Part shown: piece after piece, positions 60,203 to 64,000 of the stretch
Layout of the letters: the number at the start of each line of letters is the position of its first letter
How positions within the stretch are numbered: the first letter of the stretch is position 1
NCBI GenBank assembly: GCA_035532155.1
Contig: DATKRN010000049.1
Coordinates: 7,102 to 71,101 of the forward strand
DNA: 64,000 nt
Origin: Verrucomicrobiia bacterium
GTDB lineage: Bacteria > Chloroflexota > Dormibacteria > Aeolococcales > Bog-877
Reading direction: 5' to 3'
Notes under the pieces: generated by a model
The model's input: only the letters and a program-made list of their open reading frames with translations
What the model was told of the DNA's origin: nothing
The model's database searches: none
Made by a program: the position numbers and the translations under genes

Positions 60203-61822
60203 TCAGTGGCGAAAGTGGCGCCGGCCGCTGTGGAGGATGGCGAGCCCGGCTCCATCGGCGGCCGCGGTCACCGCCGGGTCCTGCACCGATCCACCGGGCT
60301 GCACGATCGCGGTCACGCCGGCGGCGATCGCCACCGCGACCGTGTCCGGCATCGGGATGAACGCGTCCGAGGCCAGCACCGACCCGCGCGATCGCTCGCC
60401 GGCGCGGCGCACCGCGAGCTCCGCCGCCTCGACCCGAGACATCTGGCCGGCGCCGATCCCGATCGCCTGGCCGTCCCGGGCGAGCACGATCGCGTTCGAG
60501 CGCACGTGCTGCACCAGGTGCCAGGCGACCGCCAGGTCCCGCTGCTCCGATGCCGTTGGAGGTCGGGAGGCCATCGAGCGCCAGTCGTGGGGGGGAGGGC
60601 CGCCGGGATCGGGGGTCTGGACCAGGAGGGCTCCGGCGATGCTGCGAACGTCGAGGAGGGGCGGCGCCTCAGAGCCTGCGGGGTCGGAGGGGGCCGCCGA
60701 CGGCGGGAGCGTGAGGATCCGCAGCCGGCGCCGCCCGGCCAGTCGCTCAAGCGCCGAGGGGGTGGCGGCGGGGGCCACCACAGCTTCCAAGAACCCCTCG
60801 GCAAGGAGCCCGGCTATGGTCTCGTCGATCGGGCGATTGCAGCCCACGATGCCACCGTAGGCGGACCGGGGGTCGCAGGCGCGGGCGAGCTGGAAGGCGG
60901 CGGCGATCGTCTCGGCGGTGGCGAAGCCACACGGGTTGGTGTGCTTGATCACCACCGCGGCCGGTTCGGGCCAGCCGCGCACCGTGGCCCAGGCAGCGTC
61001 GCAGTCCAGCCAGTTGGTGAAGGAGAGCGGGCTGCCCTGATGGAGCGTGGCGGCCGCCAGCCCGGTGGGGGTCGCGCCCACCCGGTAGAGAGCTCCCCCC
61101 TGGTGCGGGTTCTCCCCGTAGCGCAGCACGGCGATCCGGGGCCCCCCCACCGTGAGCTCGGCCGGCCAGCTAGCAGGGGAATCCTCCCCGACCGCCCCGG
61201 GAGTGGCGAGATGATGGGCGATCACGCTGTCGTAGGCCGATGTGTGGGCGAAGGCGGCGGCGGCCAGGCGACGGCGCAGCTGAGCCGGAACGCCGCCCGT
61301 GGCCAGGGCCGCGAGCACCTCCCCGTACTGGTCGGGGTGGCTGACCACAGTCACGTGGGGATGGGTCTTGGCGGCCGCCCGCAGCAGGGTTGGGCCCCCG
61401 ATGTCGATCGCCTCCAGCGCCTGGGCCGCGGTGGCGCCTCCCGCCACCCGATCGGAGAACGGGTAGAGGTTGACGCACACGAGGTCGATCGGCAGGATCC
61501 CACGGGACTCGATCTCGGCGACGTGGGCGGGATCGTCGCGCCGGAAGAGGATGCCCCCGTGGATCGCGGGGTGGAGCGTCTTGACCCGGCCGTCCAGCAT
61601 CGGGGCGACGCCGGTCACGTCCTCGACCGAACGCACCGCCAGGCCGGACGCGCGCAGCGCGGCCGCGGTTCCCCCGGTGGCGACCAGCTCCACCCCACCG
61701 CGCGCCAGGCCGGTGGCGAAGGCGACCATCCCGGTCCGGTCGGCGACCCCGAGCAGGGCCCGGTGCGGCCGGATCCGGTCCGCCGCCTCCGTCTCCCCGG
61801 CGGGCCCCACCGGGGCGGTCAT
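60203..61822 (-). CDS. purH: Bifunctional AICAR transformylase / IMP cyclohydrolase
   Basis: MGS-like N-terminus (RALLGVADRTGMVAFATGL...GGTAAAL...VKTLHPAIHGGIL) and AICARFT C-terminus. The start was set to the Met at 61822. The ORF-track 130-aa N-terminal extension is junk. Confidence 0.9.
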   Translation of the reverse strand: MTAPVGPAGETEAADRIRPHRALLGVADRTGMVAFATGLARGGVELVATGGTAAALRASGLAVRSVEDVTGVAPMLDGRVKTLHPAIHGGILFRRDDPAHVAEIESRGILPIDLVCVNLYPFSDRVAGGATAAQALEAIDIGGPTLLRAAAKTHPHVTVVSHPDQYGEVLAALATGGVPAQLRRRLAAAAFAHTSAYDSVIAHHLATPGAVGEDSPASWPAELTVGGPRIAVLRYGENPHQGGALYRVGATPTGLAAATLHQGSPLSFTNWLDCDAAWATVRGWPEPAAVVIKHTNPCGFATAETIAAAFQLARACDPRSAYGGIVGCNRPIDETIAGLLAEGFLEAVVAPAATPSALERLAGRRRLRILTLPPSAAPSDPAGSEAPPLLDVRSIAGALLVQTPDPGGPPPHDWRSMASRPPTASEQRDLAVAWHLVQHVRSNAIVLARDGQAIGIGAGQMSRVEAAELAVRRAGERSRGSVLASDAFIPMPDTVAVAIAAGVTAIVQPGGSVQDPAVTAAADGAGLAILHSGRRHFRH

Positions 61823-62457
61823 GCCGGCCGGGAGGGAGCGGGCGCGCCCGGAGCGGAGCCAGGGGCCGCTCGGGCGGCGAGGCTCGCCAGCGCCGCCGGC
61901 AGCAGGCGCCACTCCACCTCGTGGATGCGCGCCCGCAGCCGTTCCGGGGTGTCCCCGGGCAGGATCGGGACCGGTTCCTGCGCGACGATCGGCCCGGCGT
62001 CGACCCCGCCGTCGTCGACGAGGTGGACGGTGCATCCGGTCTCGCGCGCCCCCTCGGCGAGTGCCGCCTCGACCGCATGCATCCCACCGGCGAACGCCGG
62101 CAGGAGTGAGGGGTGGACATTGAGGATGCCGCCCGGGAACGCCTCCAGCAGCGGTGCCTGGAGGATCCTGTCGTAGCCGGCGCACACCAGCAGCTCGACG
62201 CCGTGCCCGATCAGCCACGCCGCCAGGGCAGCATCCCGGCGAACCCGATCGCCGCCGAAACCCCCGACCGGGAGCGCAACCACCGGGATGCCGCGATCGG
62301 CCGCGAGGGTGAGCGCGGGACAGCCGGGGCGGTTGGAGGCGACGGCCGCGATCCGGGCGGGATAGTCGGGACCCTCACAGGCGCCGATCAGTGCTTGCAG
62401 GTTGGTCCCGACCCCCGAGACCAGGACCCCGACCGGGCGACGCTCGGCCCTGCTCAC
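61819..62457 (-). CDS. purN: Phosphoribosylglycinamide formyltransferase
   Basis: VGVLVSGVGTNLQALI...ELLVCAGYDRIL...NVHPSLLPAFAG...TGCTVHLV. The GTG start at 62457 overlaps the purM stop. Confidence 0.85.
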   Translation of the reverse strand: MSRAERRPVGVLVSGVGTNLQALIGACEGPDYPARIAAVASNRPGCPALTLAADRGIPVVALPVGGFGGDRVRRDAALAAWLIGHGVELLVCAGYDRILQAPLLEAFPGGILNVHPSLLPAFAGGMHAVEAALAEGARETGCTVHLVDDGGVDAGPIVAQEPVPILPGDTPERLRARIHEVEWRLLPAALASLAARAAPGSAPGAPAPSRPA

Positions 62458-63545
62458 GTCGGCCCCTCCCCGTCGAGGTGCAGACGGACCCGGTCCGGGC
62501 CCCGAGCGACCCCGACCCGGCCGAGCCGGAGCACGGGCAGGCCGGCCAGGTCGAGGCCCGGCCCGGAGGCCGTCCCGGCGGCCGCGACCGCCTCCACGGT
62601 GGCCTCCGGAACGATGCAGATCATCCCGACCCCCATGTTGAAGGTCGCCCAGCACTCCGCCTCGGCGACCGGGCCCAGCTCGGCGAGGGCGCGGAAGAGG
62701 GTCGGGACCGGCACCCGGGCCGCGTCGATATCGGCGCACAGCCCCTCGGGGATCACCCGCGGCAGATTCTCGGGGATGCCGCCACCGGTGATGTGGGCGA
62801 CAGCGTGCACCTCCCCGACCCGGCGCAGCGCGCGGAGCGCCTCCAGGTAGCTGCGATGCGGGGTGAGCAGGAGCTCCCCGATCGGCCGGTCACACCCGGC
62901 CAGAACCACGTCGTATCCCAAATCGCGCTGGCCGAGCAGGTGACGCACCAGCGCGTAGCCGTTGGTGTGGAGGCCGCTGCTCGGCAGGCCCAGGCAGATG
63001 TCGCCGGCCCGCACCCGCTCGGGCCCGAGCATGGCGTCGCGCTCCGCCACGCCCACCAGGAAGCCAGCCAGGTCATAATCGCCGATGCCATAGACCCCCG
63101 GCATCTCGGCGGTCTCGCCGCCCAGCAGGGCGCAGCCCGCCGCGGCACAGGCCTCGGTCATCCCCGCCACCAGCTCCAGCAGGATCGAGCCGTCGAGACG
63201 CCCGGTCGCGAAGTAGTCGAGGAAGAAGAGCGGCTCGGCCCCGGTGGTGAGGACGTCGTTGACACAGTGATTGACGAGGTCGTGGCCGATCCCGCGATGT
63301 CGTCCGGTCGCGACCGCCACCTTTACCTTGGTGCCGACGCCGTCGGTGGAGCTGACCAGGACCGGTTCGCGGTGGGCGTGGGGGTCCAGCTGGAAGCACC
63401 CGGCGAACCCTCCGATCCCGCCCAGCACCTGGGGTCCCTGGGTGGTCCGCGCCAGCGCGGCGAGCCGAGGCACCAGCCCCCCAGCGGCGCCCCGGTCCAC
63501 CCCGGCGTCGGCGTATCGCACCGGCCCGGACGCCGCGCCGCTCAT
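62454..63545 (-). CDS. purM: Phosphoribosylformylglycinamidine cyclo-ligase (AIR synthetase)
   Basis: YADAGVDRG...GGFAG...[13 protein letters not shown]...[12 protein letters not shown]. 363 aa. Confidence 0.9.
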   Translation of the reverse strand: MSGAASGPVRYADAGVDRGAAGGLVPRLAALARTTQGPQVLGGIGGFAGCFQLDPHAHREPVLVSSTDGVGTKVKVAVATGRHRGIGHDLVNHCVNDVLTTGAEPLFFLDYFATGRLDGSILLELVAGMTEACAAAGCALLGGETAEMPGVYGIGDYDLAGFLVGVAERDAMLGPERVRAGDICLGLPSSGLHTNGYALVRHLLGQRDLGYDVVLAGCDRPIGELLLTPHRSYLEALRALRRVGEVHAVAHITGGGIPENLPRVIPEGLCADIDAARVPVPTLFRALAELGPVAEAECWATFNMGVGMICIVPEATVEAVAAAGTASGPGLDLAGLPVLRLGRVGVARGPDRVRLHLDGEGPT

Positions 63546-64000
63546 CCCTCGAGCGCCAGCTTGTCCATCTCAAGCTGCTGGGGCACCTCGACCGGGTAGG
63601 CGCCGTCGAGGCAGGCGAAGCAGAATCCGGCCCCCTCGCGCCCGGCGTCGAGCGCATCGCGCAGCCCGTCGAGGCTGAGGTACGCCAACGAGTCGGCACC
63701 GATGACCTGCCCCACCTCCTCGGGGGTGCGGGTGGCTGCGATCAGCTCGCTGCGGGACGCGATGTCGATGCCCATGAAGCAGGGGAACCGGATCGGCGGG
63801 GAGGCCACCCGCATGTGCACCTCGCGCGCGCCCGCCCGACGCAGCGCATCCACGATCTGGCGGGAGGTGCTCCCGCGAACGATCGAGTCGTCCACCAGGA
63901 CCACCCGCCGGCCCTCGAGGACGTGGCGCATGGGGTTGAACTTGAGGCGCACCCCCGCCTCCCGGAGCTGCGCTCGGGGTTGGATGAAGGTGCGCGTGAT
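63542..64000 (-). CDS. purF: Amidophosphoribosyltransferase, C-terminal part (the gene continues beyond the right window edge)
   Basis: PRTase-domain motif [18 protein letters not shown] and ...YLSLDGL...[12 protein letters not shown]. It ends with an overlap to purM. Confidence 0.85.
   Translation of the reverse strand: MTRTFIQPRAQLREAGVRLKFNPMRHVLEGRRVVLVDDSIVRGSTSRQIVDALRRAGAREVHMRVASPPIRFPCFMGIDIASRSELIAATRTPEEVGQVIGADSLAYLSLDGLRDALDAGREGAGFCFACLDGAYPVEVPQQLEMDKLALEG

Overview
This is a very GC-rich bacterial chromosomal window, by eye above 70 % GC. It looks like a deep-branching high-GC Gram-positive or Chloroflexi-like organism, with Firmicute-like traits: tmk-darA synteny and a class 1B pyrK/pyrD. 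Most genes lie on the minus strand. The ORF track is heavily polluted by antisense and fusion artefacts typical of high GC. The calls below rest on recognisable protein motifs, not ORF length.

Core content, left to right:
- a MoxR-type AAA ATPase, a DUF58 protein and a transglutaminase-like membrane protein form a triad; the last runs off the left edge and is absent from the ORF track
- tmk followed by a DarA (PII-like c-di-AMP receptor) gene
- a polar-amino-acid ABC transporter (ATPase, permease, binding protein)
- a 1.4 kb IS element with 18-bp direct repeats and a frameshifted DDE transposase
- a ycf45-like AAA ATPase with an R3H domain, a tandem-GNAT protein and a GT39/ArnT-like glycosyltransferase
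- a NarL-type two-component pair
- pdxT-pdxS and tRNA-Lys(TTT)
- a DoxX protein and a secreted collagen-like protein with a phage-tail-collar domain
- a complete pyrimidine operon pyrB-pyrR-pyrC-carA-carB-pyrK-pyrD, in which CarA and CarB appear fused in frame
- a cell-wall amidase and a GNAT protein
- several decayed genes: an FAD oxidoreductase, a membrane protein, an F420/LLM-type oxidoreductase and a SnoaL-like gene
- a long co-directional array: DnaJ, ATP-grasp, PLP-dependent enzyme, a LysW-like zinc-ribbon carrier protein (plus strand, 56 aa), MurD-like ligase, NlpC/P60 peptidase, hypothetical protein, VWA protein, ChlI-like AAA ATPase
- MarR, dienelactone hydrolase and recJ
- three TadE/TadG-like pseudopilin genes preceded by an ECF sigma factor, an anti-sigma factor and a second Pro/Thr-rich membrane protein
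- fbiC (F420 FO synthase)
- purF (partial), purM, purN and purH

The most interesting candidate for an undescribed system is the LysW-like amino-group-carrier homolog. It is embedded between an ATP-grasp enzyme, a type-II PLP enzyme, a divergent MurD-like ligase and an NlpC/P60 peptidase, far from any lysine or arginine biosynthesis genes. Its C-terminus ends in ...EEEK rather than the canonical terminal Glu.
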